Below are positions 19,608 to 31,836 of a DNA stretch of 64,000 bases, one piece after another. How positions within the stretch are numbered: the first letter of the stretch is position 1; each line of letters begins with the position of its first letter. The notes below the pieces were generated by a model. The model worked only from the letters and a program-made list of their open reading frames with translations. It ran no database searches and was not told where the DNA came from. The DNA lies in assembly GCA_040220235.1 (NCBI GenBank), contig JAVJTO010000071.1; one strand, written 5' to 3'. A program made the position numbers and the translations under genes. Source of the stretch: Coleofasciculus sp. B1-GNL1-01 (GTDB lineage Bacteria > Cyanobacteriota > Cyanobacteriia > Cyanobacteriales > Coleofasciculaceae).

Positions 19608-20480
19608 ATGAACCCTGATGAACTATTGAGTAGATACCAAGCTGGCGAACGAGATTTTTTTCTCATCGACGTCAATGGAGTCAACCTGATGGGTGCGACT
19701 CTGAGAGCGGTAGATTTAACTCATGCCAACCTGAGCCAAACGACATTAGTCCAGGCTAACTTGAGCCGCGCTACCCTGCATAATGCCAATTTGCAGGGAG
19801 TTGACTTGCAAGGAGCAAATCTGCGCGGTGCTGACTTGAGTGGTGCTGATTTGATGGGAGCGAATTTAGTGGCGGCTGATTTGACTTTTGCCACGTTGAC
19901 GGGTGTGGATTTAACTGGGACTAATTTAAGTTTTGCCCGGTTGATGGGCGCTGATCTCAATGGTGCTAATCTCTGCCAGGTTAAGCTATTGGGCGCGGAT
20001 CTGCGGGGTTCTCTGTTAATTGGCGCTAATCTCAGTCGCAGCAATCTGAGTCGCAGTTATTTATTTGAAGCGGATTTAAGTGAGGCAAATCTGGAGCAAG
20101 TTAAGTGGCAAAGCAGTCTGTACAATCTGCAAACTCATTTTCCTGAAGCGTTCGATCCTCAGCGAGGGGGTGCTTATTTAATTGCGCCTGATGTCTCTCT
20201 CGCCGGAGTAGATTTAAGTGGTGTTAATCTCAAGAGAGAAAACTTAAAAGGGGCGAATCTGAGTCGGGTCAATTTAAGTAAGGCTAACTTGCGTTGGACA
20301 GACTTCCGTGATGCCAACTTGCAGGACGCAAATTTGAGTGAGGCGATTCTCAGTGGCGCGAACTTACAAGGGGCAAATTTGAGTCAGACAAATCTGGAAG
20401 GGGCGAATTTAAGCGGTACGACGATGCCCAATGGGGAGTTGCATCAGTGTCATGGAATTCAGAAATTGGCTGGGAGGTAG
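19608..20480 (+). CDS. Pentapeptide repeat protein
   Basis: MNPDELLSRYQAGERDF N-terminus and A(N/D)LXX repeats. Confidence 0.95.
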   Translation: MNPDELLSRYQAGERDFFLIDVNGVNLMGATLRAVDLTHANLSQTTLVQANLSRATLHNANLQGVDLQGANLRGADLSGADLMGANLVAADLTFATLTGVDLTGTNLSFARLMGADLNGANLCQVKLLGADLRGSLLIGANLSRSNLSRSYLFEADLSEANLEQVKWQSSLYNLQTHFPEAFDPQRGGAYLIAPDVSLAGVDLSGVNLKRENLKGANLSRVNLSKANLRWTDFRDANLQDANLSEAILSGANLQGANLSQTNLEGANLSGTTMPNGELHQCHGIQKLAGR

Positions 20481-20605
20481 GGAAGCTGGGGGAGCTGGGG
20501 GAGCTGGGGGAGCAGAGGGAGCTGGGGGAGCAGAGGGAGCTGGGGGAGCAGAGGGAGCAGAGGGAGCTGGGGGAGCTGGGGGAGCTGGGGAAGCTGGGGA
20601 AGGGA
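20481..20605. repeat. 9-bp tandem repeat array (gggggagct/gagggagca variants)
   Basis: About 13 units visible; the same family occurs at 22886, 24248, 41052 and 60163. Confidence 0.9.
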
Positions 20606-20678
20606 TTGGCAAAATTTTGTGTCAGAATCAATCATATCATTACTGCATGGCAATGCTGGGATTGGCTTGATAAAACCA

Positions 20679-22787
20679 ATGAACTTGGCTCTCGGACAAA
20701 CAATTGGTGGACGCTATAATATCGTGCGGCAACTGGGACAAGGTGGGTTTGGTGCTACATTTGTTGCCCAAGACCGACACTTGCCCAGCGATCGCGATTG
20801 TGTGGTGAAGCAACTTAAACCCCAAGCGACTGACCCGTTTACGTTGCAGACGGCGCGGCGTTTGTTTGAAACGGAAGCTAAAATCCTGCATCAGTTGGGT
20901 CATCATCACCAAATTCCTCAGCTATTTGCCTATTTTGAAGAGAGTCAAGAATTCTATTTGGTGCAGGAACTGGTTGAAGGGGATAATCTGAGTCAGGAAT
21001 TGACGCCGGGAACGTCCTGGTCAGACCAGCAGGTGATTGATCTGTTGCAGGAAATCTTAACTATATTAGCGTTTGTTCATCAGCATCATGTGATTCACCG
21101 CGATGTTAATCCCCATAACCTGATCCGGCGTAAATCGGATGGTAAGTTAGTCCTAATTGATTTTGGCGCGGTGAAACAAGTTAGCACTCAGGTGGTGCAG
21201 GGACAATCCTCTAGCTTTACGGTGGCGATTGGTACGCCGGGATATCGACCCAGTGAACAAGCCAATGGGAATCCCCGTTTGAGTAGCGATATCTATGCGG
21301 TGGGAATTGTTGGGATTCAAGCGTTAACCGGGGTAGCGCCTCAGGAACTACCTGTTGATCCCGACAGTGGAGAACTTTGCTGGCGCGATCGCACGTCGGT
21401 TCGTCCCGAGTTGGCGAAGGTTCTGGATAAAATGATCCGCTACGATTTTCGCGAACGCTATCCCTCGGCGGAGGCGGCTCTGCAGGCGTTGAATGACTTG
21501 ACTCAACCCACGAAGGCGACGGTGGCTTTAGGCGCTGCTTCCCCATCACCTGTTAATCAATCCTCTAAACGGAAGAAACTGATCGTTGTCCTATTAATTG
21601 CCATGGCGGTAATTGCTGGTGGGGGAGGGGCGACAGTGGCGATTATTAACTGGATTAATTCTACCAATGCCACCCAATCCTATAACCGAGGTGAAACACT
21701 GCTGGAGTTGAGGCGATATGAGGACGCCCTCAGTGCTTATAATCGGGCGGTTGAACTGCAACCGGACTATGCTGAAGCTTGGCTGGGTCAAGGGGATGCG
21801 CTTTTGGCATTGGGTCAGTCTGAGGCGGCGTTGGATGCGTATGATCAGGCGATTCAAATTCAGCGTGAGTATCCAGAGGCTTGGAAAGGGCGAGGAGAGG
21901 CGTTGGCTGCATTGCAGCGTTATGAAGCGGCGATTAGTGCCTTTGATCAGGTCACCAAACTGCAACCGGAGGACGTGGAAACCTGGGAACGTCGCGGGAT
22001 GGTACAGATGAAGTTACAGCGCTATTCGGCGGCGATCGCATCTTACGATAAAGCGTTAGAGATTCAACCCAATTATTCCTCAGCTTGGTATCAACGCGGC
22101 TGGGCATTACATAATTTACAACAGTACGAAGAGGCGCTTAAATCTTATGACAAAGCCGTAGAACATAAGCCCGATTCCGCCGAATATTGGTATCAACGGG
22201 GTAATGCTTTTGTCAATTTGAACAAACATCGTGACGCGGTGGACTCTTACCAGAAAGCGGTTCAGTTCCAGCCGGATTTTTACCGGGCGTGGTACAGTCA
22301 GGGCAGTATTTTGAATAATTTAAATCAATATCAAGAGGCGTTAGCGGCATTTGAAGCAGCGGTTAAACTTCAGCCCAACAGTTATGAGGCGTGGTATGGT
22401 CGGGCTTGGGCGTTGCATCAATTGCAGCGTTATCAGGAAGCGTTAACGGCTTACGAGAGGGCGGTGAAACTGAGACCTAATTCTGAGCAAGCCTGGTATA
22501 ACCGGGGTAATGTCTTCTATACATTGGAGCAATACCAAGACGCGATCGCGGCGTATGACCAAGCTGTTGCCCATAAGCGCAGCCATTACCAAGCTTGGAA
22601 TAGTCGCGCTAATGCTTTATTTAACCTGAAGCGATACAACGAAGCCTTGACCTCTTATGAAAATGCTTTGACGTATCAACCCAATTACAAAGAGGCAAAG
22701 CGGGGGAAAGAGCAAACGCAGCGTGAACTTGAGAAGTTGAAAAAAGAATCGAACCGGAAGTCATCTGAAGAGAATGATGATCAATAA
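20679..22787 (+). CDS. Ser/Thr protein kinase with a TM helix and C-terminal TPR repeats
   Basis: LGQGGFG, VVKQL, HRDVNPHN, DFG and GTPGY motifs; a hydrophobic segment; about 10 TPRs. Confidence 0.95.
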   Translation: MNLALGQTIGGRYNIVRQLGQGGFGATFVAQDRHLPSDRDCVVKQLKPQATDPFTLQTARRLFETEAKILHQLGHHHQIPQLFAYFEESQEFYLVQELVEGDNLSQELTPGTSWSDQQVIDLLQEILTILAFVHQHHVIHRDVNPHNLIRRKSDGKLVLIDFGAVKQVSTQVVQGQSSSFTVAIGTPGYRPSEQANGNPRLSSDIYAVGIVGIQALTGVAPQELPVDPDSGELCWRDRTSVRPELAKVLDKMIRYDFRERYPSAEAALQALNDLTQPTKATVALGAASPSPVNQSSKRKKLIVVLLIAMAVIAGGGGATVAIINWINSTNATQSYNRGETLLELRRYEDALSAYNRAVELQPDYAEAWLGQGDALLALGQSEAALDAYDQAIQIQREYPEAWKGRGEALAALQRYEAAISAFDQVTKLQPEDVETWERRGMVQMKLQRYSAAIASYDKALEIQPNYSSAWYQRGWALHNLQQYEEALKSYDKAVEHKPDSAEYWYQRGNAFVNLNKHRDAVDSYQKAVQFQPDFYRAWYSQGSILNNLNQYQEALAAFEAAVKLQPNSYEAWYGRAWALHQLQRYQEALTAYERAVKLRPNSEQAWYNRGNVFYTLEQYQDAIAAYDQAVAHKRSHYQAWNSRANALFNLKRYNEALTSYENALTYQPNYKEAKRGKEQTQRELEKLKKESNRKSSEENDDQ

Positions 22788-22857
22788 GAGCGATCGCTAA
22801 CCCACTCTCTGATCCCAAATCCGGGTTGATTACCCCCTTGATAATCCAGTCTTTACT

Positions 22858-23066
22858 TAGGGCTTGCTGAATAAGTGGTGAGGTGAGGGGGAGCAGGGGA
22901 AGCTGGGGAAGCTGAGGGAGCTGGGGGAGCAAGGGTTACATTTTCCCTGAGCAAGGTGATGCCATACTTAGGAAGGATGCTACCCCATTTCCTGGCACTT
23001 TATCCACTGTCCATACGCCTCAAAGTATTGATGGATCAGGGTTTCCGGGTTGTGCAGCAAGCTCTA
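22858..23066 (+). mobile_element. ~208-bp TA-flanked MITE
   Basis: TIRs tagggcttgctg / cagcaagctcta; homologous inverted copy at 24116-24322. Confidence 0.8.
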
Positions 23067-23116
23067 CATATAGATAATGGCGCGTCTCAACACTCAACAC
23101 GTCTCCAATCCCCAAT

Positions 23117-23866
23117 CTATTCTGCTTTTGCTGAATTGGATGATCCCGCCTCGGCGGTTTCTTCACTATTGGGTAACTCCAGACAGTATCCTGCACCGTA
23201 TACTGTTTTAATATATTGGGGATGACGGGGATCAGGTTCGAGTTTAGTTCTCAGGTGACGCACATGGACGCGAATGGTTTCAATATCGTCATCTGGATCA
23301 TATCCCCAGACTTCTTTGAGAATTTCACTGGGAGAAACCGTTTGACCATGACGCTGTAATAAGCAGTGTAGCAGTTCAAATTCCAGGTGGGTTAATTTAA
23401 CCGTCTGATTAAACCAAATCGTCTCAAACCGTTCTGGAATCAGGGTCAAAGGACCATAGTTGAGGATTTCCGTATGCTTGGCGGCTTGGGGGATGCGGTC
23501 AGTACGTCGCAGTAAGGCGCGTACCCGTGCTAGCATTTCTTCGAGTTCAAAGGGTTTGGTCAGATAATCGTCCGCACCAGCATTAAACCCTTCTACCTTA
23601 TCCTGCGTTTGACCCAAAGCTGTCAACATCAACACGGGGATATCTGTGGTGCGTTCATCCCGACGCAACCGTTGGCAAACGGTAAAGCCATCGACTCGAG
23701 GGAGCATTAAGTCTAGCATGATCAGGTCGGGCTGAAGTTGCAGCGCTAGCGCCTGACCCTTGATACCATCGGGCGCTTGGTGAACTTCGTATCCTGCCAT
23801 TTCTAGGTTAATGGAGACCAGTTCTGAGATTGCGGGATCATCATCGATTAAAAGGATTCTATGCAT
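23117..23866 (-). CDS. rpaA: OmpR-family response regulator RpaA (circadian output)
   Basis: [51 protein letters not shown] and [13 protein letters not shown] match RpaA as I know it. Confidence 0.9.
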   Translation of the reverse strand: MHRILLIDDDPAISELVSINLEMAGYEVHQAPDGIKGQALALQLQPDLIMLDLMLPRVDGFTVCQRLRRDERTTDIPVLMLTALGQTQDKVEGFNAGADDYLTKPFELEEMLARVRALLRRTDRIPQAAKHTEILNYGPLTLIPERFETIWFNQTVKLTHLEFELLHCLLQRHGQTVSPSEILKEVWGYDPDDDIETIRVHVRHLRTKLEPDPRHPQYIKTVYGAGYCLELPNSEETAEAGSSNSAKAE

Positions 23867-24115
23867 CACTTAAGTGGTTACTAATAGGACTTGTTAAGGT
23901 TGGATAAGAACTGTGACAGAAAACTACAGATACTGTACCGATTATAAGCGCTGATTCTAAACTACTTGTGAAGAAAATGGAAATTTTCTGTTTTTTTTCG
24001 GAAAATAAGGTATAATAGTAAGTCAGCTTTAAGCAATACCCTTTTTGTCCCAGCGACTGGAACGTCACGGCTACGCCAATATAGGCGAAGCCTTACCAAA
24101 GGGTAGTTTGCTAAG

Positions 24116-24322
24116 TAGGGCTTGCTGCACAACTCCAAAACCCTTATCTATCAAGGCTTTGAGTCGCATGGACATTGGCTCATCTTCAAGAACATAAGGT
24201 AAAACCCTTTCATACCCTTGCACCACTATCAGGGAAAATGTATCATTGCTCCCCCTGCTCCCCCTGCTCCCCCGGCTTCCCCTGCTCCCTACCCCACTAC
24301 AATACTCATTCAGCAAGCCCTA
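24116..24322 (-). mobile_element. ~207-bp TA-flanked MITE (inverted homolog of 22858-23066)
   Basis: Perfect TIRs tagggcttgctg / cagcaagcccta; internal sequence aligns to the first copy. Confidence 0.8.
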
Positions 24323-24425
24323 TGTAGGGGCGAGTTTAGGGATTTTCCTGTTGCGATGGATGATAACGTTTATTCAAAACCCGCCCTGATTAATGGGTAG
24401 GGGCGGGTTTCACGCTTATTGTTTC

Positions 24426-25547
24426 TTACACAACCTTTTTTGACGAAGGGCGGGTTTGGTGGAACGGTAACGTAACCGTAAACGTCGTACCGACTCCCAC
24501 CGTACTCTCAACCGTAATCTCACCACCATGTAAATCAACTGCTTGCTTAACGATACATAATCCTAATCCTGTACCCTTAATATTACCCACATTGGCAGCG
24601 CGTTCAAATTGCTGGAAGAGTTTGTTCAGGTATTCTGGAGGCATACCAATCCCTTCATCTTGCACCTGAAAGGTAACTTGTTGGTTATTCCTTGTCACTG
24701 CTAACCGAATATTACCCCCTTGGGGGGAATACTTAATCGCATTGGTGAGCAAATTGGTGAGTAAATACCGCAGTAAGCTTTCATCGAAATAGGCAAGGGG
24801 AAACTCTCCCTGATAACTGAAATTAAGGCTATGTTGCTGACTGACAAGGGGAATTAACTGTTCGATCAGATTTTCACATAAAGCAATTATATCCAAAGGC
24901 TCAGGTTGAAAGTCTAATTTTCCCGCTTCTGCTTGACTCAAGGTTAAAACATCTTCCAATAGCTGATTCATATTCGTCACGGCGTTTTGAATCCGCTTAA
25001 AATGCCGAGTTTTTCGCTCATCTTCCTGATCTGCTTTTAACTGAAGCAGTTCGGCTGACATCTGAATTGTAGTTAAGGGAGTGCGTAAATCATGGGACGC
25101 CATGGAAAGTATCCGTGATTTATTTTCATTCATCACCTTCTGATCTGCCAACAATTGTCGCATTTTTAGCGCTTGTTTATGTTGACTCAATGCGATTTTG
25201 ATTACCGCATGTAAGTCTCGCTCTTTAAAGGGTTTGATCACATAACCATAGGAGCCTGTGGCTTCCGCTCTCTGTAAGGTATCATCATCGGCATAAGCTG
25301 TGGTATAGATAACGGGAATAGCCAATTGCTGATGAATCGTAGCCGCCGTTTCAATCCCATTCATTTCTCCTTTAATCACAATATCCATGAGGATTAAATT
25401 TGGCTTAATTTCCGCCGCTTTTTGAATCGCTGCTTCTCCAGAGGAAACAATGGCATCAACGCTATACCCCAGCTTTTTCAGTTTGCGGGATAAGTTCTTG
25501 GCAATTAACAGTTCGTCTTCGACAATTAGAATGTGAATATCGCTCAT
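24426..25547 (-). CDS. Hybrid receiver-histidine kinase (REC-HisKA-HATPase)
   Basis: ILIVEDE..LMDI receiver; SHDLRTPL H-box; NAIKY, DEGIG and GTGLGL boxes. Confidence 0.93.
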   Translation of the reverse strand: MSDIHILIVEDELLIAKNLSRKLKKLGYSVDAIVSSGEAAIQKAAEIKPNLILMDIVIKGEMNGIETAATIHQQLAIPVIYTTAYADDDTLQRAEATGSYGYVIKPFKERDLHAVIKIALSQHKQALKMRQLLADQKVMNENKSRILSMASHDLRTPLTTIQMSAELLQLKADQEDERKTRHFKRIQNAVTNMNQLLEDVLTLSQAEAGKLDFQPEPLDIIALCENLIEQLIPLVSQQHSLNFSYQGEFPLAYFDESLLRYLLTNLLTNAIKYSPQGGNIRLAVTRNNQQVTFQVQDEGIGMPPEYLNKLFQQFERAANVGNIKGTGLGLCIVKQAVDLHGGEITVESTVGVGTTFTVTLPFHQTRPSSKKVV

Positions 25548-25551
25548 CTGC

Positions 25552-28500
25552 TTAGATCCGGTTTTGATACTGAAGTTCGCTAAATTGAATCGAAAATGCT
25601 GTGCCGTGAGTGCGTTGGAGTTCAATCGTTCCTTCTAACTGTTCGATTAGTGTACAAACGACTTGAAACCCCATGGATTCGGTATCCTGAAAATCCAACG
25701 CTTCGGGAAATCCGATGCCATTGTCGCTGATGACTAAGTGAATTTGCCCATCTGACTGTTGATGACAGTTAATAGACACAATTCCTTCTTGCTCATCGGG
25801 AAAGGCATGTTTGAGGCTATTTGAGACTAATTCATTAATGATTAAGCCACAAGGCGTAGCGGTTTCAATATTGAGGAATATCGGCTCAACATTGATGTGC
25901 AACTGAATGCAATCCTCACTAACATTATAGGAATCAAAGAGATTATTTGCCAAGTCTTGGATATAGTCCTCTAAGTTAATTTGTCCAATAGTTGGCGAGC
26001 GATATAATTTCTCATGAATCAGCGCCATGGAGTAAATCCGATTTTGACTTTCTTCAAAAAGTTTGCCGATGTGAGGTTCAGGAATGGAGTCGGCTTGTAG
26101 TTCCAAGAGACTAGACACTACATTCAAATTATTTTTAACTCGGTGGTGAATTTCTTTGAGTAAAACCTCTTTTTCTTTCAGCGACGCTTTGATCTGCTCT
26201 TCTGCCTTTTGACGCTCGGTGATATCAATTCCCACCGCCACACAGACTTGGCTTTGCTGATATTTCTGAGCCACAATCAAGTAATTCTGGATATTGCCAT
26301 TCATGTCAAACCGGAGTGTTTGAGACATAGTTTGACTTGAGCTGGCAAAAAATTGACGCAGGAACTCAGCAAAATCACGATTATTTTCAACAAAACCAAC
26401 TTCTTTCCCTAAGAAATCTTCCGGTGTTAAATGATAACGAGAGGCTAAATGGCGATTGACGCCTAAGTAAATTAAATCGGAACTAATCCAAGAGACTAAG
26501 CCCGGTACAGCGTCTAAAACAGCTTGGAGTTGAGATTGAGAATTTCGCCATGCTTTTGCCGTGATTTCACGTTCTTTTGCCAGCGCGATCGCAGCCGCCG
26601 CAGAACTCAACAATCCCTCTTCCAAAGGTTGCCATTGTCGGGCTTCGACACAATTATCAAAGCCAATAAATCCAAAGAATTCTCCATTGACAATCAACGG
26701 TAAGGCGAGGATCGATAAAATCCCTTGTGGTTCTAAAATAGACCGTTCCGATGCCGGAAAATCTGCCACAATCCCATTAATTATACCGCCTTGGGCTAAA
26801 ACCTCCATCCAACGCGGCACAATATCATAATAACTAACATTTTGTAACGCGGGATTATCCAGTTGGGGTTCAATTCCTGGGGCGCACCATTCTGCCCGTT
26901 GGCTACTCATAAGTTGTCCGCTTTCATCATAATGATTCTCAAACACATAAATTCGGTTAGCATCGGCAATCGGGGCTAAAATGGTCAAAATTTGCTGATA
27001 AACATCCTGATTAACGGGTGCGGCTAATAACTGACGCTGCACTTCAACTAACGCCGTCAAATAGCGATCGCGCTTGGCTAATGACGCTTCAGTTTTTTTG
27101 CGTTCTGTAATATCACGACAGACACAAATCAGTCCGCCACCCTCAATTAACGTCAGGGATAATTCCTCAGCAAATGTCGAACCATCACGGCGTTTCGATA
27201 AGGTTTCTCCTCGCCAATATCCATTCTCAATCAACACGGAAAAAATATCGCGTTCAATGCGACTGATTTCATCAGGATAGTACAACTGATGCCAGGTTTT
27301 TTCCAATAAATCAGTCGGCGTATCATAGCCAAATATTTCCAGATGCGCTTGATTCAGATAAATATATTCACCCTTTTCATTTAAAATACCAATTCCATCA
27401 ATAGCGGCTTCAATTGCCATTAACTGTTGATTGAGAGTTTGTTCATAAAGTTTGCGATCTGTAATATCAGTCAGCGTTCCTGATGTTCCTTTAAGGCTCC
27501 CATCTACGGCTAAAGTTAGGCGGGAAAACACTTCCAGCCAGCGAATATCACCGTTTTTAGTCAAGTAGCGGATTTCCTGGCGACAGTATTCCTGTTGACG
27601 ATTAATTAGGGATTTCAAGACATCGAGGTGTAGTTGTCGATCATCTCCATGGATGTAATCCAAAACAGGAGTTCCCAGACTTTCCTCAATTAAAAATTCA
27701 GTAATTTCTGTCCAAGCTGGATTCAAAAATGCCCAGTTTCCTTGAGCATCGGTTTGGAAAATAACCTCCTTGACACTATTAATAACAGACCGATACTGTT
27801 CTTGGCTCTGGCGCAACTCATCTTCCGCTTTTTGGCGGCGCTTATCATTGCGATAAGCCTCTATAATATTGGCACAAGTTGCCAGGAAAGGTTGCAGATA
27901 CTCGATAAGGCTTTCATCATATCCTCCTGGTCGATTAGCAATGCCAACCATACCGACAAATTTGTTTTCAATATAAAAAGGTAGTCCCAAAAATGCATTC
28001 AGCGGCGGATGACCGTCTGGGAGTCCCCTCCGACGCGGATCAGTGGCAGGATGGTTATAAATAACAGGTTTACCCGTAACAATAACTGCACCAAAGAGAG
28101 TTTTCAGGTTATGAAATTCCATACCTTGGGCAGCATTTTGGTCATAGAAGTTGCGAGTTTCTTCGTTCCAGGCAATATTGGTAATTGCATGAGCTTTGAC
28201 ATAAGGTCTACCCCGTATCTTCATGTAGGCTTCCTCGACAAAGGGTTCCCCATTTTCTGCATAGAGAATCTCACCAATGAAGCCATATTCACTATTGGTT
28301 AGCCCTAGGATACTGTCTAGGAGTCCATCAAAAAGATAATATGGATTAGCATCGGCAATAAATTGAGATTGCGCGGCGCTAATCGCTTGTAATAGCTGAT
28401 TACTCTGTTGGAGATTGGCTTGAGCCTGTTGGCGTTGTATCGCTTGTTGATAGGCATCACTAATATCCCGTTGAATGACAACAATATAGGCACAGTGTTT

Positions 28501-31101
28501 CTGTTCATCCTGTACCAAGGAACTCGATAAATCCATAATCGCCAGAGTGCCATCCCGGCGAATCATTTCCACGTCTAAGCGATTATTCCCTGTTGCCAAA
28601 AGTGTGGGGAATTGTTCAGCAAAGCATTGTTTTGACTCTGGCGTCAAGAACTCATCCAAGCGATGACCGATCAATTCAATTTCGCTATACCCCAACTGTT
28701 CGACTGATGCGGGATTAGTTTGCCAAATAAACCCATCGAAATCAATAACATGAATACAATCGGGAGCTGCTTCAAACAGAGAGCGAAAGCGGACTTCACT
28801 TTGCAATAAAGCATCTTGAGCATATTTACGCTCTGTGATATCATTGCGGATTGATAAATACTGGAATGGCTTGCCTTGCTCATCTAAAAAGGGAACGATG
28901 GTAGTATACACCCAGTAGTAACTATTATCTTTTGCTTTATTTTTGATTTCTCCTTGCCAAACTTGACCTTGGGCAATTGTTTGCCACATTTGCTGAAAAA
29001 AAGAGGGGGGATGATATCCGGAATTAATCAGACGGTGGGTTCGACCAATTAATTCATCTGGAGAATATTGAGAAATTTCGCAGAATTTTTTATTGACATA
29101 AGTAATAATACCTTTATTGTCGGTAATTGCCACAATTGCCGAATAATCGAGAGCCAATTTGTGAAACTCTAACTCTTGGGTTCGCGCCTTAACGCGACGT
29201 TCTAGTTCCTGATTAAAACGTTCCAAGGCTTGATGCGCTTGTTTGCGTTCCAATTCAGCGGCGGCTCTAGCGGCGAAAATTTGGAGAATGGCTAATGCTT
29301 GTCGGGGTTCAGGAATGAATTGTTCGTGTAAAACGCAAAGATTACCAATTGGATTTCCGTCACCATCTATCAAGGCTACACCCATATAACTATCGGCGTC
29401 TAAGGTGACTAAAGCCGAATCTTGGGGAAAGTTTTTTTGTACCTGAGTTGGACACCAATAGGTTCCTTCTGCTAACACCCGTTGGCAAGGCGTGTTGGCA
29501 ATAGGATAGGTACAGTTTGGCTGTAATTGACCCGTTGACCAGAATGCTAATGTCTTAAAATAATCCCCGATTCGCTCGCTAACCAGAACATGAGAAACGC
29601 CTAAAGCTAGGGCGATATGGCGGACTAATTCGGGGAAAAAGTCAGAACCTGTAACTTTAGCCGTTGCTGCAAAAACATTTTTCAGGGCGGCTTCGGCTGT
29701 TTTGCGACTATTAATATCGGTGAGTGTGCCAATATATCCCAGAGTCTCGCCATTGGCTCCAACGTCCGGGACAGCTTGACAAAATACCCAGGTTAATTTA
29801 TTATCAGGCGTGAGAAAGCGATGCTCTGAGAAAAAAACTTCCTGTTGCTCAATCGCATCATGCCAGTCACGAATCACGCGATCGCAGTCTTCCGGGTGTA
29901 AGGTTTTTGCCCATCCCTGTCCCAGGATTTCTTCGATGGGAATTCCAGTAATTTCAGCACAGCGTTGATTCGCATATAAGCCAATTCCTTGAGCATTAGT
30001 GCGGAAAATTCCCACGGGCGAGGCGTCGGCTAGCGTCGCATAACGATGCTCACTTTCCCGTAATTGTTGTTCTATCTGTTGACGTTGCGTTAGTTCCGTT
30101 TGCAGTTGCTGCGTGCGTTCTTGAATTTGCTGTTCTAGTTGAATCGTGCGATTTTCTAATAACTCAACCTTTTCCCGTTGCAGTTGGCGAACTTCTTGCT
30201 GTAAAACCTGAATCACCTGATACATTTCCATCGGATCAAGAGCTTGCAGCAGGCTGGTTTGAGTGACAATTCCTACCAATTTTCCTTGTCTATCTACCAC
30301 CACCAATCGTTGTACTCGTCGCGACAACATCTGTTGATGAGCCTCCCATAACGAGTCTTTGGGATTCAGACAAAATAGGGGTGTACTCATCACAGTTTGG
30401 GCGGAAATGGCGGAAAACTCTAAACCCAACGCCTGAAACTGAACAATATCTCGTTCGGTAATAATTCCCACCGGAAGTGGCGATGCACCCGCGTTTTTCT
30501 CCTCAACAATCACCACACAACTAACGCGATAATCTGACATTAGCAGCGCTACATCCAAAACAGAGGCGTTCGGTTTCGCCTGAATCACAGAGGTTACCAT
30601 CACATCCTCAACCCGACGCAATTGTAGTAAGTCACTGGGTTGCAAATAAGCGCGAATACTATCCGGCGTCACCATACCCTGTAAATTCCCCCCATCATCG
30701 ACAATGGGTAAATGACGAATGCGATGGTGACAAAACAGGTTAAGTGCGGTAAAAATTGTCTGAAATTCCGACGCTTTCAAGGTAATCAAACGTCGCGTCA
30801 TTACCTCCGCCACATTTACCCCAGCCAAGTTCATCCCTTGAGCCACCAACCGAACAATATCCCGTTCCGTCAGTATCCCTACCAGTCGCGTTTTCTCCAA
30901 CACCAGAACACAACTAGCGCGTCGTTCGTTGATTGGATTAGCCTCTGGTGCTACATTGAAACACGGTAAGGAACAAGTGCTTCGCCGTTGACTCATCCGC
31001 GCGATCGCGTCTATCACAGGTGTATCGGGTACAACGGTTATGGGTTGAGTATCAATCGCCACCTGGGGTGATGACGCAATGGGAAAGTCTAACACTGGCA
31101 T
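25552..31101 (-). CDS. Multi-sensor histidine kinase (CBS, multiple PAS and GAF, HisKA_2-type)
   Basis: GILTERD/GIITERD CBS pairs; repeated DIT(E/D)RK PAC ends; [11 protein letters not shown]-box; [11 protein letters not shown] and DNGIG. Confidence 0.95.
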   Translation of the reverse strand: MPVLDFPIASSPQVAIDTQPITVVPDTPVIDAIARMSQRRSTCSLPCFNVAPEANPINERRASCVLVLEKTRLVGILTERDIVRLVAQGMNLAGVNVAEVMTRRLITLKASEFQTIFTALNLFCHHRIRHLPIVDDGGNLQGMVTPDSIRAYLQPSDLLQLRRVEDVMVTSVIQAKPNASVLDVALLMSDYRVSCVVIVEEKNAGASPLPVGIITERDIVQFQALGLEFSAISAQTVMSTPLFCLNPKDSLWEAHQQMLSRRVQRLVVVDRQGKLVGIVTQTSLLQALDPMEMYQVIQVLQQEVRQLQREKVELLENRTIQLEQQIQERTQQLQTELTQRQQIEQQLRESEHRYATLADASPVGIFRTNAQGIGLYANQRCAEITGIPIEEILGQGWAKTLHPEDCDRVIRDWHDAIEQQEVFFSEHRFLTPDNKLTWVFCQAVPDVGANGETLGYIGTLTDINSRKTAEAALKNVFAATAKVTGSDFFPELVRHIALALGVSHVLVSERIGDYFKTLAFWSTGQLQPNCTYPIANTPCQRVLAEGTYWCPTQVQKNFPQDSALVTLDADSYMGVALIDGDGNPIGNLCVLHEQFIPEPRQALAILQIFAARAAAELERKQAHQALERFNQELERRVKARTQELEFHKLALDYSAIVAITDNKGIITYVNKKFCEISQYSPDELIGRTHRLINSGYHPPSFFQQMWQTIAQGQVWQGEIKNKAKDNSYYWVYTTIVPFLDEQGKPFQYLSIRNDITERKYAQDALLQSEVRFRSLFEAAPDCIHVIDFDGFIWQTNPASVEQLGYSEIELIGHRLDEFLTPESKQCFAEQFPTLLATGNNRLDVEMIRRDGTLAIMDLSSSLVQDEQKHCAYIVVIQRDISDAYQQAIQRQQAQANLQQSNQLLQAISAAQSQFIADANPYYLFDGLLDSILGLTNSEYGFIGEILYAENGEPFVEEAYMKIRGRPYVKAHAITNIAWNEETRNFYDQNAAQGMEFHNLKTLFGAVIVTGKPVIYNHPATDPRRRGLPDGHPPLNAFLGLPFYIENKFVGMVGIANRPGGYDESLIEYLQPFLATCANIIEAYRNDKRRQKAEDELRQSQEQYRSVINSVKEVIFQTDAQGNWAFLNPAWTEITEFLIEESLGTPVLDYIHGDDRQLHLDVLKSLINRQQEYCRQEIRYLTKNGDIRWLEVFSRLTLAVDGSLKGTSGTLTDITDRKLYEQTLNQQLMAIEAAIDGIGILNEKGEYIYLNQAHLEIFGYDTPTDLLEKTWHQLYYPDEISRIERDIFSVLIENGYWRGETLSKRRDGSTFAEELSLTLIEGGGLICVCRDITERKKTEASLAKRDRYLTALVEVQRQLLAAPVNQDVYQQILTILAPIADANRIYVFENHYDESGQLMSSQRAEWCAPGIEPQLDNPALQNVSYYDIVPRWMEVLAQGGIINGIVADFPASERSILEPQGILSILALPLIVNGEFFGFIGFDNCVEARQWQPLEEGLLSSAAAAIALAKEREITAKAWRNSQSQLQAVLDAVPGLVSWISSDLIYLGVNRHLASRYHLTPEDFLGKEVGFVENNRDFAEFLRQFFASSSQTMSQTLRFDMNGNIQNYLIVAQKYQQSQVCVAVGIDITERQKAEEQIKASLKEKEVLLKEIHHRVKNNLNVVSSLLELQADSIPEPHIGKLFEESQNRIYSMALIHEKLYRSPTIGQINLEDYIQDLANNLFDSYNVSEDCIQLHINVEPIFLNIETATPCGLIINELVSNSLKHAFPDEQEGIVSINCHQQSDGQIHLVISDNGIGFPEALDFQDTESMGFQVVCTLIEQLEGTIELQRTHGTAFSIQFSELQYQNRI

Positions 31102-31250
31102 GGGACTTGCTGGGATAATCGGTCACAGGATAGAAAGGGGATTCTGTTTCAGTTATTCCCAGGTGGACTGGCTCAACTTTCTATTTATAGATTTAATTTA
31201 TAAATTATTATAAATTAATAATTTAAGCTAATAGTAAAGGAGTTAAAATC

Positions 31251-31835
31251 ATGGCACTCACAGCCTCAACCATGTTGCCTCTAGGCAACAAAGCCCCAGA
31301 ATTCCAGTTACCCGATGTGGTATCGGGCGAAACGATATCCTTAGACACGTTTGCGGGGAAACAGGGATTAGTGGTGATATTTCTCTGCCGTCATTGCCCT
31401 TTTGTCAAGCATGTACAGGGAGAATTAGCTAAACTAGGTCGAGACTACCAGGATGCAGATCTGGGGATTGTGGCAATTAGCGCCAACGATGCTACGACTC
31501 ACCCCGATGATGCGCCTGAGAAGTTAAAGGAAATGGCACAAGAATTAGGATTGACGTTTCCCTTGTGCTATGACGAAAGCCAGGAAACAGCGAAAGCCTA
31601 TACAGCCGCCTGTACACCAGACTTCTTTGTGTTCGATCGCGATCGCAAACTTGTCTACCGGGGACAATTCGACGATAGCCGCCCAGGGAATGATCAACCT
31701 GTGACAGGTAAGGATCTACGATCCGCGATCGATGCGGTATTGGCGCAGTCTCCCGTCAGTGAAGAACAAAAGCCCAGTATCGGCTGCAACATCAAATGGA
31801 AGCCAGGGAATGAACCCGCCTATTATGGCGCTTAA
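31251..31835 (+). CDS. Thioredoxin-like (AhpC/TSA family) protein
   Basis: CRHCPFV, AACTPDFF and SIGCNIKW motifs; AAGGAG RBS. Confidence 0.92.
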   Translation: MALTASTMLPLGNKAPEFQLPDVVSGETISLDTFAGKQGLVVIFLCRHCPFVKHVQGELAKLGRDYQDADLGIVAISANDATTHPDDAPEKLKEMAQELGLTFPLCYDESQETAKAYTAACTPDFFVFDRDRKLVYRGQFDDSRPGNDQPVTGKDLRSAIDAVLAQSPVSEEQKPSIGCNIKWKPGNEPAYYGA

Positions 31836-31836
31836 G

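Noticed and set aside
20350..20719. Several overlapping low-complexity ORFs (PPAPPA, GGAGGA, LPQLPQ)
   Set aside because: They are translations of the 9-bp tandem repeat; the same applies at 22621-22932 and 24071-24400.
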